DNA from: Eledone cirrhosa
Taxonomy: Eukaryota
Assembly: GCA_964016885.1 (NCBI GenBank)
Contig: OZ024764.1
Location: 25,730,001 to 25,794,000, forward strand
DNA: 64,000 bases
Reading direction: 5' to 3'
Part shown: one piece after another, positions 24,273-39,052 of the stretch
Layout: each line of letters starts with the position of its first letter
Numbering within the stretch: position 1 is the first letter of the stretch
Program-made: the position numbers and the translations under genes
The notes under the pieces: generated by a model
The model's database searches: none
Seen by the model: only the letters and a program-made list of their open reading frames with translations
Told to the model about the DNA's origin: nothing

Positions 24273-24277
<5 letters not shown>

Positions 24278-24540
24278 GTTATGTAATAAATAACATAGGA
24301 CAATTATTCCATTTACCAAAGGTTTCACGAAGTCAAACAAGCTCAACACAGACGTCTGAAATCACTCATCAGAATGAAATTTTATTTGAAGTGGTCCACG
24401 TCTGTGTTGAGCTTGTTTGTCTTCGTGAAACCTTTGGTAAATGGAATAATTGTCTTATGTTATTTATTACATAACTAAATAGCTCTGTAGCCTACATAGA
24501 GCACTCTCCTTTCCTTTACCTTTCCTACGGAAACACTTAA
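24273..24540 (+). mobile_element. Fold-back mini-element with a hammerhead in the inverted arm (24310-24376, -)
   Basis: Inverted arms of about 80 bp. Minus strand CATT-CTGATGA...GAAA-CC-TTT-GG-TA^AATG. Tail shared with 30846-30910 and 36096-36160. Confidence 0.72.
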
Positions 24541-25001
24541 TATATATATATTTATTTATATTCAAATATGAAAAGAGATAATGGTTGGTGAAGAAGTTAT
24601 TACAGCTGCAAAATATGAGATTTATTACAACAATAAACTGCACATAAGGCTGCTTACAATTTTCTTTAAAAAAACATGAATTCTTAATATGAACATTTAT
24701 GTAGATATGGAGAACAAAATATTACATAGAAAATAAGAGCAAACACAGCAAATTATATCATATATGATATAGTTAGCAGTGTTTTCAAATATATATGAGG
24801 ATGTTAAAGTTTGCTTGAAGCATTGTGAAATGTGTAAAATACGTAGTTTAGAAAGCCACAACAATGCAGAGGGAAATCTCGGGGTATGAAGTGAATGATA
24901 GATAAGAGAAATAGGAGAAAGTGAAAATAGAGAGAGACAAAGATGAAAACAAAACAAAGGTAGAAGGGTTACCGTAGTGGAGATTTAATTTGTGTACTTA
25001 C

Positions 25002-25083
25002 AATCTGGCAAAGTTGCTTCGACAAAGATCGAAGACAGGCCAATACTGAAGACTAGAAGAGTATATGTTGTGTACGATGCCAT
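25002..25083 (-). CDS. First coding exon (signal peptide) of the S1 pseudo-protease gene
   Basis: ATG at 25083 in AGAATGG context. Encodes MASYTTYTLLVFSIGLSSIFVEA-TLPD. Perfect donor T|GTAAGT, phase 1, making TGT (Cys) with exon 2. Confidence 0.8.
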
Positions 25084-25318
25084 TCTGCTGGTCTGGTGAA
25101 AATCTTTTCATTAGCCTGCCTATATATATATATAACACCTATACATATATATATACATACATATATATACATATACACATATACATATATATATTCACAC
25201 ACATATAAATATGTATGTATGTATATGTTTATATGTATATACATATATATGCATATATATCATCATCATCATCATCATCATCGTTTAACGTCCATCTTCC
25301 ACTCTAGCATGGATTTGG

Positions 25319-25384
<66 letters not shown>

Positions 25385-25390
25385 TGTAAG

Positions 25391-25448
<58 letters not shown>

Positions 25449-25679
25449 AGTATGTATGTATTCATGTAAGTTAATAGGTATGGAATCATGTAATAGATAT
25501 TTGTATTAGGGATTAGGATTAGGCTGGGAGTGTGTGAGGTGTGGGGTGGGGGTTGGGGGGAGGTGCGTGGGGTGTGTTTATGTTCATGCTGACAAGTGTA
25601 TATACAAAATACTATCATTTGTTGGTGTTTACAAATGTATAATGTATAATATTGATCTGTCGCTGTGTGTGTTGTAGTG

Positions 25680-25772
<93 letters not shown>

Positions 25773-25821
25773 CATATATATATACACTATATATATATAT
25801 AACACATATATATATATATAA

Positions 25822-25914
<93 letters not shown>

Positions 25915-25993
25915 TATATATATGTGTGTTATATATATATATACATATGATACATATATGTAATTATCACACATATATATATGTATATATATG

Positions 25994-26062
<69 letters not shown>

Positions 26063-26135
26063 ATATATAAATATATACAATATATATATATGTATATATA
26101 TATATATACATATATATATGTATATATATATATAT

Positions 26136-26214
<79 letters not shown>

Positions 26215-26373
26215 ATATATATAAAATATATATATGTGTGTGTGTGTAATAAGGTATATTGATTGTTTTACCTCCTATAAAATTCCATTATACAGCAGTT
26301 TAAGATGTCACACCTTTAGATAGACAAACATATACACACATATATATATGTATGTATATATAGATACATATAT

Positions 26374-26404
<31 letters not shown>

Positions 26405-26430
26405 AATGTAAATATATATATATATAAATG

Positions 26431-26570
<140 letters not shown>

Positions 26571-26715
26571 GAGTATATGTTGGTTGTATACCAACACCTC
26601 AGTATGCAGGCTGGAGCACTCGACGAAGTGCGCAGGTTGGTTTTGTTTACTCCGGAGAAATGTAAAATAAAGTTAAATAAAAAGTCAAATGTTTAAAATT
26701 TAGTTTCGTTTATTA

Positions 26716-26768
26716 CTGCTATATATATTTCAGTGACAGCCATCTTTGGCTGTGACCTCTTCAGGCTG
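26716..26768 (-). ncRNA. Minimal hammerhead motif
   Basis: CAGC-CTGAAGA-GGT-CACAGCCA-AAGA-TGGCTGTC-ACT-GAAA-TATATA-TA^GCAG, with one stem I mismatch. Confidence 0.62.
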
Positions 26769-26894
26769 TCCGATTTAGTGTGGTATAGACAAGTACATAT
26801 GTTGTTGAGGTGTATAATATTGTCAATACTCTGATATGCCCAGTTCCTGGTTAGGTTGTTATTTCATTGAGGAACTGGAATCATTTATTGACGG

Positions 26895-28277
26895 ACTGCG
26901 TGGTCGCAGAGGACATCCACTGCTACGGCCTCCACCCGACGGACATACACCAGATTTGTCCTTCACAGTAGACAACACGTACTTCACCTTCCACCACCAC
27001 ACATACAGACAGACAGACAACAGGATTACCCATGGGATCCAGCCTATCGGGCCTGCTGGCCATCACCTACATGAACCAGCTAGAATGCCGAGCCCTCAAC
27101 ACCTGCCATTCCCATGCCTTCTTCACCCGATATGTAGATGACATACTCATCCTTACATCATCCCGTGAGGAGGCAGATAAAATATACACAACATTCTCCA
27201 GCATGGACGCCAGTATAAAGTTCAGCATGGAACACCACGATGACCGCGGATCCCTATCCCTACTGGACTTCCAACTCAGGGTAACAGAGGAAGGCAACAT
27301 CCACACCCGCTTCTATAAAAAAGCCGCCAGCAGGGACCTGTTCGTACATTTCAGATCGGCCCTCCCACTCGGTACCAAGTTCGGATACATAAGGAACGAA
27401 CTGGCACGTATCCGGAACAAAAGCACCGACGTTAGAGACCGAGACACACACACCACACATTTCCTGGAAGTACTCAAACTGAACGGATACACGACATCCA
27501 CCACAAACCGTGCCAGAAAGAACAGAGGACACCACACCCGAGGTGATGACTTGCTTCCTGAAGCTCCCACACTTCAGTGAAGAAACAACAACAGCCATCC
27601 GCAGAGCTATAAGACGAGAGGGACTAGATATCCAACTGGCCCACTCAGGTCCTTCTCTACGCAGACAGCTAACCAAAAGACACTCCACCAGACATGACAA
27701 CTGTTGCAGACTAGCCAACTGCCCCATCAACGACACAGACCTATGCCACCAGGCTTACGTCGTATACAGACTAGAGTGTGACAAATGCAACAACTTCTAC
27801 GTAGGTAGTACCACCAGACCACTCCACATAAGAATAAAAGAACACCTCAATACTAACGCTTCCTCATTTAAGAAACACCTAGATAAATGCAAAAACACCG
27901 ACAAAACCATAACAGTTAGGATAGAAACTAAGGAAAGAAACCTCGGCAATCTTAGAATTAAGGAAGCACTAATTATAGATAAAACACAACCACCAATCAA
28001 TAATAGACTAGAACTCAACACCCAATTTATAACCTGATAGAGCTTCTAGCCCCATATTTACACACACCCCACACACACACGCACGCACACACACACACGC
28101 TTACACCTCCACTTATTCTCTCTCACACATACACACATACACACACAAAACCAGTTCTAACACCAGATAACACCTATCCCCCACATTTACGAATAGACTT
28201 ATCTTCTCACACTCACACACACACACACTCACATACTTACACCTTCATGCATTCTCCCACACACTTAAACAGGCATG

Positions 28278-28308
<31 letters not shown>

Positions 28309-28620
28309 CCCTTTTAAAGGGAGACTACTCTTTATCCACCTAATTTTAACTCTTTGACATTAGAGATAGAACAGATACTCTATACTATTTCCTGTCAGCA
28401 TGACTTGGCAAGCTATTTAGAACGCTGGTTTGAGACCTTTATTTCCCTCTGAAGAAGAGATATTATCTCGAAAATTAAGGACATTTAAATAAATCTAAGG
28501 TAAAAGACGAATTGTCAACAATATCTTTTGCATTTGCATTCTTTATTCTATGTCCATACCTGCATTGTTTTGGCTTTATTATACATATACAAACGTTTAT
28601 ACCTCATTACACAATGCTTC
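26895..28620 (+). mobile_element. 5'-truncated Penelope-like element (RT plus GIY-YIG, frameshifted) with 3' pLTR
   Basis: MGSSLSGLLA..RYVDDIL..LLDF (27032-27580) and VVYRLEC..FYVGSTTRPL..RIKEH..IKEALII..PPIN (to 28037). Confidence 0.92.
28446..28480 (+). ncRNA. Minimal hammerhead in Penelope pLTR
   Basis: CCT-CTGAAGA-A-GAGAT-ATT-ATCTC-GAAA-AT-TA^AGG, with palindromic AATT stem III. Confidence 0.68.
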
Positions 28621-28710
28621 AAGTGAACTATAACCTCCTCCATATATATATATGTATATTAATTCAAAATATTAACAAAATAGATATTCTTGTGATCAAT
28701 TATATTTTAT

Positions 28711-28766
28711 TTTACATATTTCAGAGGTACTGAGTTAAGTTTAACAGTACGTCCTCATCAGATAAA
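28711..28766 (-). ncRNA. Degenerate hammerhead motif
   Basis: CTGATGA-GGAC-GTACTG..CAGTAC-CTCT-GAAA-TATG-TA. Stem I is poorly paired. Confidence 0.45.
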
Positions 28767-28922
28767 ATAAGATGATGCATGACATACCCTGACATAGTAG
28801 ATGGTTAAGATTCAGTCATGGTAGTATAATATTAATAACTCTGGAAAACCTTTTTTTCTGTTGACTGCTTCCAATCTATTGTAAAACTCATTCTTTGATG
28901 TATTCATTGAACCTTGTTTAAC

Positions 28923-28995
<73 letters not shown>

Positions 28996-30060
28996 ACCAC
29001 CCCATTCTCAAGAGCGTGAAATTAATAAACATTCGTTGTACTGCCTCTCTGTTTTGTTCCTGTTCAATTTTTCATTATATATATATAGTGATAATAATAC
29101 AAGGACTATTTGTTAAGCCTTCATTACGTTTATTGACTGGTGACACGCTCTTCGCTATTGATTAGCTCAAGGTTCTATCTGGCCTGACTCTGGAATCAAA
29201 ATCTCATCGAACCTCTGCTGTTGAAATGATAAAATAAACACCCCTCTCTATATACACAAGATTCTATTTTTCCAGTCTCCTTCTCAACAAGAAAGATGAA
29301 AAAACCCACCTCAACACTTAATTTTAAATCTTTAATTTTTAATTCTTATTAATTCTTTTTAATTGTAATACTCAACATTTGATAAGATTATAATTTATGG
29401 AGAAAACCTCTGCATTTCAATATTACTCAATGTAAAATGTAATGCATGAAAAATTGGAAAACATTATTTTTTGTAATATATCAAATCAAAATTACATTAT
29501 TAAATCTTATTCTTATTTTTTTCTTGTAAATAATTTTTTTCAAAATATCAATTCAAAACTTTTGTGAATAGGCATCATATGTTGTCATTTACCTATGGTT
29601 TAAATTTCATATAAATCGAAGGGAAAAAGTTTCAGCTGGGGTTTGTGCCCCTTTGATTAAAATGAAATATACTTATCCAAGTAACCTGGGCAATGTAGTT
29701 TCAGAATATATATGGTTATGGGGGGTCTATCTCCAAAACCATAGGAGGAGTTCGTGAACAAACAGACAGGAATACAACTTTATATATATAGATATACATT
29801 ATAAAACTCCTTTTTAAAAGAATTGTCCCTCTCATTTTTTAAATAATGTTACTTTGACGAATCAAAGAAAGGAAAAAAAAGAAAAACAGACCCTAAATAT
29901 ATTTTCCGTGCTATTTCCAACTTCACTTTTTCTCTATAACCCCTGTTTTGTATAGAACCTTACTTCTCTTTTCATATATATATGTATACTAATAATATAT
30001 ATGTGTATATATATAAATATATATATATACACACACACATATACCCCACACATACACCTC

Positions 30061-30105
<45 letters not shown>

Positions 30106-30439
30106 CCACACAAACACACCTGTATATATATACACATATATACACCCTATCCCCACTTATCACTTGCAGATGTTCAGTTCCCTGATACGTCACTGATACC
30201 TATTGCATCATGGGATATATTATTAGAATTGTTCAAGGGCAATGGATTGGCAGTATCGGTAGAGGGTCGGACGCCATGCTTTGCAGCACAGTTACGTCCC
30301 TTTACGGACTGAGTTCAAATCCCGCCGAGGTTAACTTTGCCTTTTATCCTTACGGGGTCGATAAAATAAAGTACCAGTAATGTACTGGGTAATTCCTGGC
30401 CTTCTGCCTAAAGTAGAAACAATTATTAGAATTGTTCAT

Positions 30440-30676
30440 AATATGGCCATACTGTGGTCATACTGAGGCAGTGTCTTATACTATGGCCATACTGGAGCAA
30501 TCTCTTATACTATGGCCATACTGGAGCAGTGTCATTTACTATGGCCATACTGGGGCAATGTATTATACTGTGGTCATACTGGGGCACTGTCTTATGTCGT
30601 GGCCATACTGGAGCACTGTCTTATGCCGATGCCATACTGGGACAGTGTCTTCTCTGGCCATGCTGGAGCACTGTCT
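30440..30676. repeat. Degenerate 29-bp tandem repeat, about 8 copies
   Basis: Consensus CTATGGCCATACTGGAGCAGTGTCTTATA. Confidence 0.8.
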
Positions 30677-30772
30677 TTTGCTGGTTTCAGTGATTTCCCT
30701 GGCACAGGACTTAAACACTGACACACACATTTGTATCGCCATGATTATCATTTTCACGTCCCTTTTTCCATG

Positions 30773-30845
<73 letters not shown>

Positions 30846-30847
<2 letters not shown>

Positions 30848-31124
30848 GAAGTATTTCCGTAGGAAAGGTAAAGGAAAAAAGAGTGGTCTATGTAGGCTAC
30901 AGAGCTTATTAGGTATGTAATAAACAACATAAGATAATTAATTCATTTACCAATGGTTTCTTGAAGAGCTTGACATTTATGTCCGTCTTCATTCATCAGA
31001 AAATTTTTTTATTGAATGTCAATAATACATTTTTTCTGATGAATGAAGACGGACATAAGTGTCAAGCACTTCAAGAAACCATTGGTAAATGAATTAATTA
31101 TCTTATGGTGTTTATTACATAACT
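30846..31124 (-). mobile_element. Fold-back mini-element with two inverted hammerheads (30944-31003 -, 31032-31091 +)
   Basis: Inverted arms of about 90 bp. CTGATGA-A-TGAAG..CTTCA-A-GAAA-CC-ATT-GG-TA^AATG. Same family as 24273-24540. Confidence 0.72.
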
Positions 31125-31732
31125 ATATATGTATATATGTATGTATGTATATATGTATATATATATATGTATGTATATATGTATATATACACATACATGT
31201 ATGGCCATACTCGATAATGAGGGGGAAGCCATCATATATATGTATGTATATTTATAAAACAGGGAAAAACCACCAGTGTATGGAATCTATAACCTAATTT
31301 CATTTCTGTCAACAACTTACTGGCGAAACAGATCTCTTTGGATTTGTACGTGTGTTATATAATTATAGAGGTATTTATTTACGCTTTAATTTATATTTTT
31401 AATTATCGTGTCTATAGTCTGCCTTTCATAGGTTATAGATTCCATACATTGGCGGTTTTTCCGTTTTATTGATGGGCACTGTATCTCTCTCTGGTGTGTT
31501 ACCTTTTCAACATATTGTATTTTAAAGAGCGCAGGATTTCTTCTCCTTTGAGCACATTAACTTTGCCTTTCATCCTTACGGGGTCGATAAAATAAAGTAC
31601 CAGTAATGTACTGGGTAATTGCTGGCCTTGTGCCTAAAGTAGAAACAATTATTTAGAGGGAACGACGAGAGTCTATGGCTCCGTTAATTTTTCGTGTATA
31701 TATATATGTATGTATATATATATGTATATATA

Positions 31733-34544
31733 TGTAGTGACCTACATTCCGCGGGCTCACATACACATACGTTCTCTGTGCGTGATTTGGCTCAGTTCAG
31801 CCAATCAGCGCCAGTAGAAGAGGATGTATCCCTACGCGCCCCGAGGAAGAAATTCCCCGCGAGGATTTGAAGAATCTCTCTCTTGTACCGGGAACTTCGA
31901 ACCAGCAACACGCATAATGTAACGGTGAGATTTTGCACCCTAGCCTCGCCGGCTTTCCGGCGCAATGGCACATTCCCTTTTGTAACCTCTTTTTATCTGT
32001 AACTTCAACCATATAAGTTAACAAACATTGTTTGTGCTACATCCAAAATAAACATACATTTCATCTCTAATTTCTGCTGTTGAAATCATTATTATGTTAC
32101 TCGTGTCTCAATAACATCTATAATCCATGCTGCTGGAATTGGCGACCTAACGAAAGGAATATTGTAAATACAAAGATGGTAAATAGATCGAGGGACCTTC
32201 CCTCACGTCTATGTCGACAAGACAAATCCAACGAAGATACTATCATTTTACCACACTGTGACCACTGGCCACAACTACACTGTCAAATCACGACTTCATA
32301 TATGTACCCTGTTAAAGTGGTGACCGACGTAAAAATTTAACGCAGCCTTCTTTTTTATCCAGTTGAACTTTTATTGCCGCGTTGCCGGCCTTTTCGCAAC
32401 TTGCGAAAATACAATATATTCCTTTCAACATTTTTTTTGAAAAATTACCAGTATTTCAAAAACTTTTCGCCACGAGGAAATTTCAAGATGGCTACCGACA
32501 GGTCCTGGCTACACTTGACAACAACAACGACAGCAGCAGCAGCAGCAGCGACAGCATTGTTTAGCCACTGACCAACGACAGGGAATGGTGAGATGGCAGC
32601 TTCATAGCCTTACCGACGCAAACCACCACACATCGGAAATTTCAAAACGGCTTGTAACTTTACCGACGCAACCACCATACCTTCTGTCTCAATACCACAG
32701 GGACTCGAGAAATTGAAACAGTAGTTTTCTCACCATTATGGCGTCAGACGTGGCTGCCATGTTTGGTGACTGCTACTCTACAGAAGATTCATTGACTTTG
32801 CTTTAACAACAAGCAACACAACCTTATGTCACACAAGGTGGCAGGACGGTAAAATGGCCACGAAAACTCTCAAAAACACCATACATCTAACCCCTAACGA
32901 CATTAACAAACTTCTTTTTCAGTTTTCAGATAGAACTAGTGTCAGAAAGTCTGTACACTGGTGATGTGTGAACTATTTGACTTTGAAAACCTTTGAACTT
33001 ATCATTGAGCAATTTCTCTGCTCCCTTAGATTGACTTTGAATTATCAGTTTGTTACATTCACATATTTCTTTGTAGAATGCATTTACTTGTTTTGTGCTC
33101 TTTTGCTATTTGCTTGCTCATGGTTTTTGTTCATTCACATACTTTGCTGTTTTACATGCCTGCATATGCACACATTTTTTTTGTCACACACCAACATGTT
33201 GTTCTTGGTATATGTTCTTCAAACGTAATATTCTGCGAGTCCCTTTTCACCTGGTTGAGATGCTGTCACATGCTAGCAGCTCACAGAGCTTAATCCACTT
33301 GGATTCAAACAGGCACCGCAACACGAGAATACTAGTTGCAGCTGAGTTCAAACAGTTTTGCATCTCGTTGCACACTGATCGTCCATGACGGCCTTCGTCT
33401 TGCTGTTTTTGCCCGACTCGCTGGGAAAACGGCAAATAGAACTGGACTTGTCAGCATTTCTGCCACTTCTGTGGATTCGCCCGAATTATGGAATTTACAC
33501 TGCAACCCACCTACAGATTAAACTTGCTTTTTTTTCTTTTCAAAGCAACCAGCCATTTTTTCCTGGCTCCCTAGCACATTCGGCAATACATCTGGGAGGC
33601 CAACATTTTCTCGCCTACCCATCATCTTCTTGCCAGCACTGGTAAACTACCATAATAGCTTCGTCCACAGCTACTGGTTACCATTAACATTAAATGCAAG
33701 AACAGCAACTTTGCCCATGTCAGACTTTATCCGTTTTTGTTAGACCTTTACTGGTCACGTATAAACAACAAAACAGCTGGTCATTTGACACAGCGGCTCA
33801 ACACGGCCCGTAGCGCCTCATTTTTTTCTTGCATGCAGCCTTCTGCCCAATTATTTTTTTAAAACTGATGTGCTCTTTCAGCATTTGTTCTTGCTGATTC
33901 AATAATCTGTATCGACTTCCTTGTGGGTCCTTGGCTTCTTCGTTTACGATTTTCGGCTAAAAATCTGCTCGGAGGTATTGTAGTGACCGACATTCCGCGG
34001 GCTCACATACATTCTCTGTGCGTGATTTGGCTCGGTTCAGCCAATCAGCGCCAGTAGAAGAGGATGTATCCCTACGCGCCCTGAGGAAGAAACTCCCCGC
34101 GAGGATTTGAAGAATCTCTCTCTTGTACCGGGAACTTCGAACCAGCAACACGCATAATGTAACGGTGAGATTTTGCACCCTAGCCTCGCCGGCTTTCCGG
34201 CGCAATGGCACATTCCCTTTTGTAACCTCTTTTTATCTGTAACTTCAACCATATAAGTTAACAAACATTGTTTGTGCTACATCCAAAATAAACATACATT
34301 TCATCTCTAATTTCTGCTGTTGAAATCATTATTATGTTACTCGTGTCTCAATAACATCTATAATCCATGCTGCTGTAATTGGCGACCTGACGAAAGGAAT
34401 ATTGTAAATACAAAGATGGTAAATAGATCGAGGGACCTTCCCTCACGTCTATGTCGACAAGACAAATCCAACGAGGATACTATCATTTTACCACACTGTG
34501 ACCACTGGCCACAACTACACTGTCAAATCACGACTTCATATACA
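31733..34544 (+). mobile_element. Non-autonomous LTR retroelement (about 570-bp LTRs at 31733-32316 and 33979-34544)
   Basis: Near-identical direct repeats starting TGTAGTGA. PBS-like TGGTGACCGACGT at 32318 resembles the complement of the tRNA-Trp 3' end. Short purine tract before the 3' LTR. No intact internal ORF. Confidence 0.8.
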
Positions 34545-34564
34545 CATACATATGTATGTATATA

Positions 34565-35225
<661 letters not shown>

Positions 35226-35228
35226 CAG

Positions 35229-36028
35229 TAGACAGCTTCAGCTACCTAGGTGACCGAATTAACCGCGGAGGTGGGTGTTCGGAAAGTACAATAACTGTCG
35301 TAAGAATGAGATGGAAGAAGTTTAGGGAACTACTGCCACTGCTAGCTGCAAAAGGCTTTTCCCTCAAAATGAAAGGCAGACTGTATGATGTGGGTATACG
35401 AACAGCAACGTTACATTTGCGTAGATTTGAAAGAAACGAAGCCTGCATGCTCCAATGGATGTGTAATAGTAATATACGTGAACGACAAAGCATGAACGAA
35501 TTGAGAGAGGGACTGAGCATAAGAGAAATCAAATGCTGTGTGCAGGAGAGGCGGTTGCGTTGGTATGGACATGTGATGGGTATGAAGGTTGACAGCTGCA
35601 TAAAAAGGTGCCGAGCACTAGAAGTCGATGGAAACCATGGAGTGGGGAGACCCAAGAAGACCTGGGAGGAGATGATAAAAGCCGACCTTACCCAATTACA
35701 CCTCTCAAAGGCGATGACACACGACCGTGACCTCTGGCGTCATGCAGCAATACAGAAGACCCGATCCCCCCACGGGTACAAGCCAAAGCTGAAGCATTTA
35801 GACAATATGCCCGCACACCCTCCCATAGCAAAGTGGTCGTGGGGGTGCCATGGCAAAAAAGCACCCAGCCCACACTGTAAAGTGGACGTGTAGGCGCCAG
35901 CTGTAGAAATCAAGCCACAATCAGTTCCCGTATGAGCAAGGCATGGTCAGCCGACTGGACACTGGCCACAACAGGACAACCCGTCTAACCCATGCTAGTG
36001 TGGAAGAATGGATGTAAAACGGTGATGA
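35229..36028 (+). mobile_element. 5'-truncated RTE LINE with 3' UTR
   Basis: FSYLGD, WKKFRELLPLL, RRLRWYGHV, GRPKKTW. Tail GGATGTAAAACGGTGATGAT. Confidence 0.87.
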
Positions 36029-36543
36029 TATATATACATACGTATATATATATATATATAGTTATGTAATAAACAATGTTGTTTATTACATAACTATTAA
36101 GCTCTGTAACCTACATAGAGCACTCTTTTTTCCTGGACTTTTCCGATGGAATTACTTCATTTACACACACATATATATATATATGAGGAAAAAAGATGAA
36201 ATCGAAAATGCAACTGGAGTCTTTTTTTAAAATATATATTTATTTGGTTCCTTTAGCGGTTTCGCAGTTCTTCTGCTTTTCAAAAGTAGAATTGAGATGG
36301 AGGGTTTGTGGTTTTTCTCACATTTTCTTGCATTTTCGATTTCAACTTTTTTCCTTATTCTTTCACTCGTGTAGGACACCTCGTTTTTTTTTCATTTTGT
36401 AAAAAAACCTCATTTTCTAACATATGTATATATATCTACATATATACATCTATATATATATACATACATATATATATTTATATATACATACATATACATA
36501 TATATATAGATACACAAACATACATATATATATCTACATATAC

Positions 36544-36574
<31 letters not shown>

Positions 36575-36679
36575 ATACATACATTATCATCATCATCATC
36601 ATTTTACGTCCGCTTTTCCCTGCTTGGGTGGGGCGGGTCCTATTCAGCACAGCATCTCTCCACTTGTTATGGTCCTTCG

Positions 36680-36730
<51 letters not shown>

Positions 36731-36981
36731 CTTGATCACCTTCACCGACCAGTCTTTCGGGCGCCGCTGGTCACAGCAGTCGTGCTGTTTTAGCCATAAG
36801 ATAACGCCATCCCACTGGCCGGGCGGACAGGCCGGTAGTCATTTCTACAGCTGAGTAAACTGGAGCAACGTGTAATAAAGTGTCTTGCTCAAGGAAACAA
36901 GACATCACCCGGTCTGAGAATTGAACTCACAACAACCTTTCGATTGCAAGGCCAATGCTCTAATCACTAAGCCATGTGCTT

Positions 36982-37180
<199 letters not shown>

Positions 37181-38104
37181 CACATATACATATATATATA
37201 TAGGCTTGGCACTTGTTGGTATCAGACGTGAATTGTCGTCTCTCCAGAATTGAAATTCTAATATTTTAAATCGACAGTAATCGGATTTATGTATGGTTTT
37301 AATTCTTCAGAGGACAAGGAAAACATACAAAAAAGATAAGTTTTTGTGCTTTGACGCAATTATTTTGAAGTATATTTTACATATATTACCGTTTTGAACA
37401 TGTTTATTTTCACTGTGTGATTCCTTGATAGGAGACAACACACACACGTGCTTTCTATTTTTCTTTACTACCATACAGAGCATTTTGGTTTAACTTGAGC
37501 AGATCTTGTATTAATTTTCATTTTTCTGAGTAACATAATTTAATTTGATATAATCTTGTTTGATTTGGTATAATCTTATCTGTATTTGACCCGATTTCGT
37601 TGTTTCTTGTATGATATGCTGATATTACAATAACTTCGTATATTTGTAAACAAACACTTACGTTCGGCTTATATATACAACTTACATCGTGTTTCTATAT
37701 CTCTATGTTTCCGGTTTCTTCCATTCATTAATTTAAATTTATAAATTTAAAAATTTATTTTTATATTTGTGAACTGCTGTTGCTCACGCTGTCTCTATCT
37801 CTCTCCTTCCTTCCTCTCTCTCTCTCTCTCCCTCTCTCTCGATCAACGAGCTCTCTTTCTCCCTCTCTCTAGATCAACGAGCTCTCTCTCTCTCTCTCTC
37901 TATCTCCTCTCTCTCCCTCTGACCTTCCCCCCACTCTTCCCGCTATCTCTCTCGCTCCCCTTTTCTGTCTCCCCCTTTTCTTTTCTTCTGTTTCTCTTTC
38001 TTTTTCTCGCTGGAGTTACATCTCTATCTCCCTCCCTCACTCCGTCCCTCTCTAACCTCTACCCTACACTTCCCACTGTCTCTCTTTCTCCCCTCCACAG
38101 CGAA

Positions 38105-39052
38105 ATGGACTGCATGCAGGAAAAATGTGAAATCAGGAGTCAGCGAAACTGGTCAAAGATTGAACTAGCGGTTTTGATCAAGGGGTGGACCATGGCTGAT
38201 GGGTCTCCACCAAGCAAAAAGATGGCGGAGAACCTGAAGAGCCATGGGTTTCTGAGGACCCTGGCACAGATAGAGAGAAAGAGAAAGGAAATTGAGAAGG
38301 CGTATGTCCTCATAGCGCCTCATATGGCGATGCTAAGCCGTGTCCTCGGGGAGGAGAAAACCGAAGGGAGGGATGAGGAGAAGGAGAGGGAAAAGGAAGA
38401 GGAAAAAGAAAAAGAAAAGGAGGAGAGCACAAGCACGGACCTGAAAGAAAATGATATACCCTCCGCCACAGGCAGGGAGGGCAGGCCGGGCAACCAACAA
38501 GCTAAGGGCAAAGGTGAAAAGCGAAATCACCTTCCGAAGGAGAACCAAGCGCAGAGGGACCAGTGGACAACTGTTCAAAGAAAGAACAGAAAGCACCGAG
38601 ACACTGGGAGCAAAAAACCCCAAGTAATGTGCAAGTTTTTAAAGAACGGGACATGCTGGCATGGAGAGACAGGGATGGGATGCAGATTCGCCCACCCTAG
38701 GTCTCAAACGAACTATGCCCATCATACTCGCGCAACATGCCCCAGCCAAAGCCGAAATAAGCCGCTCCAGAAGTATGCTGATGTCGCGCGTGCTGCACCA
38801 ACAAGGAGAAGGCACGCACATGCCGACGAGATACAGATGGCAGCAGCAGATCAGAAAATTTTTTTAGTGATGGCAGAGAAGATTGTGGGACAGCTGACCT
38901 GGCTGCATCGTCTCCAGAGCCAGGGTCATCCACACCAGCACTCGAGACCACCGCAGTTAAGGGACCCAGAGTGGCCGCCGCTGACACCAGACCAGGTGTC
39001 ATACCGACAGCCATTACTGGCACCCCAAAAGTCACACCAGTGCTGCTGCTGA
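38105..39052 (+). CDS. LINE ORF1 (Myb/SANT-like N-terminus, charged linker, CCCH finger)
   Basis: First ATG after the CT tract at 38105. RNWSKIELAVLIKGW..RTLAQIERKRKEI and CKFLKNGTCWHGETGMGCRFAHP. Confidence 0.72.
   Translation: MDCMQEKCEIRSQRNWSKIELAVLIKGWTMADGSPPSKKMAENLKSHGFLRTLAQIERKRKEIEKAYVLIAPHMAMLSRVLGEEKTEGRDEEKEREKEEEKEKEKEESTSTDLKENDIPSATGREGRPGNQQAKGKGEKRNHLPKENQAQRDQWTTVQRKNRKHRDTGSKKPQVMCKFLKNGTCWHGETGMGCRFAHPRSQTNYAHHTRATCPSQSRNKPLQKYADVARAAPTRRRHAHADEIQMAAADQKIFLVMAEKIVGQLTWLHRLQSQGHPHQHSRPPQLRDPEWPPLTPDQVSYRQPLLAPQKSHQCCC

Noticed and set aside
37769-38104. N-terminal extension of LINE ORF1
   Set aside because: Translation of a CT-rich 5' UTR from a non-ATG start. 38105 is the likelier start.
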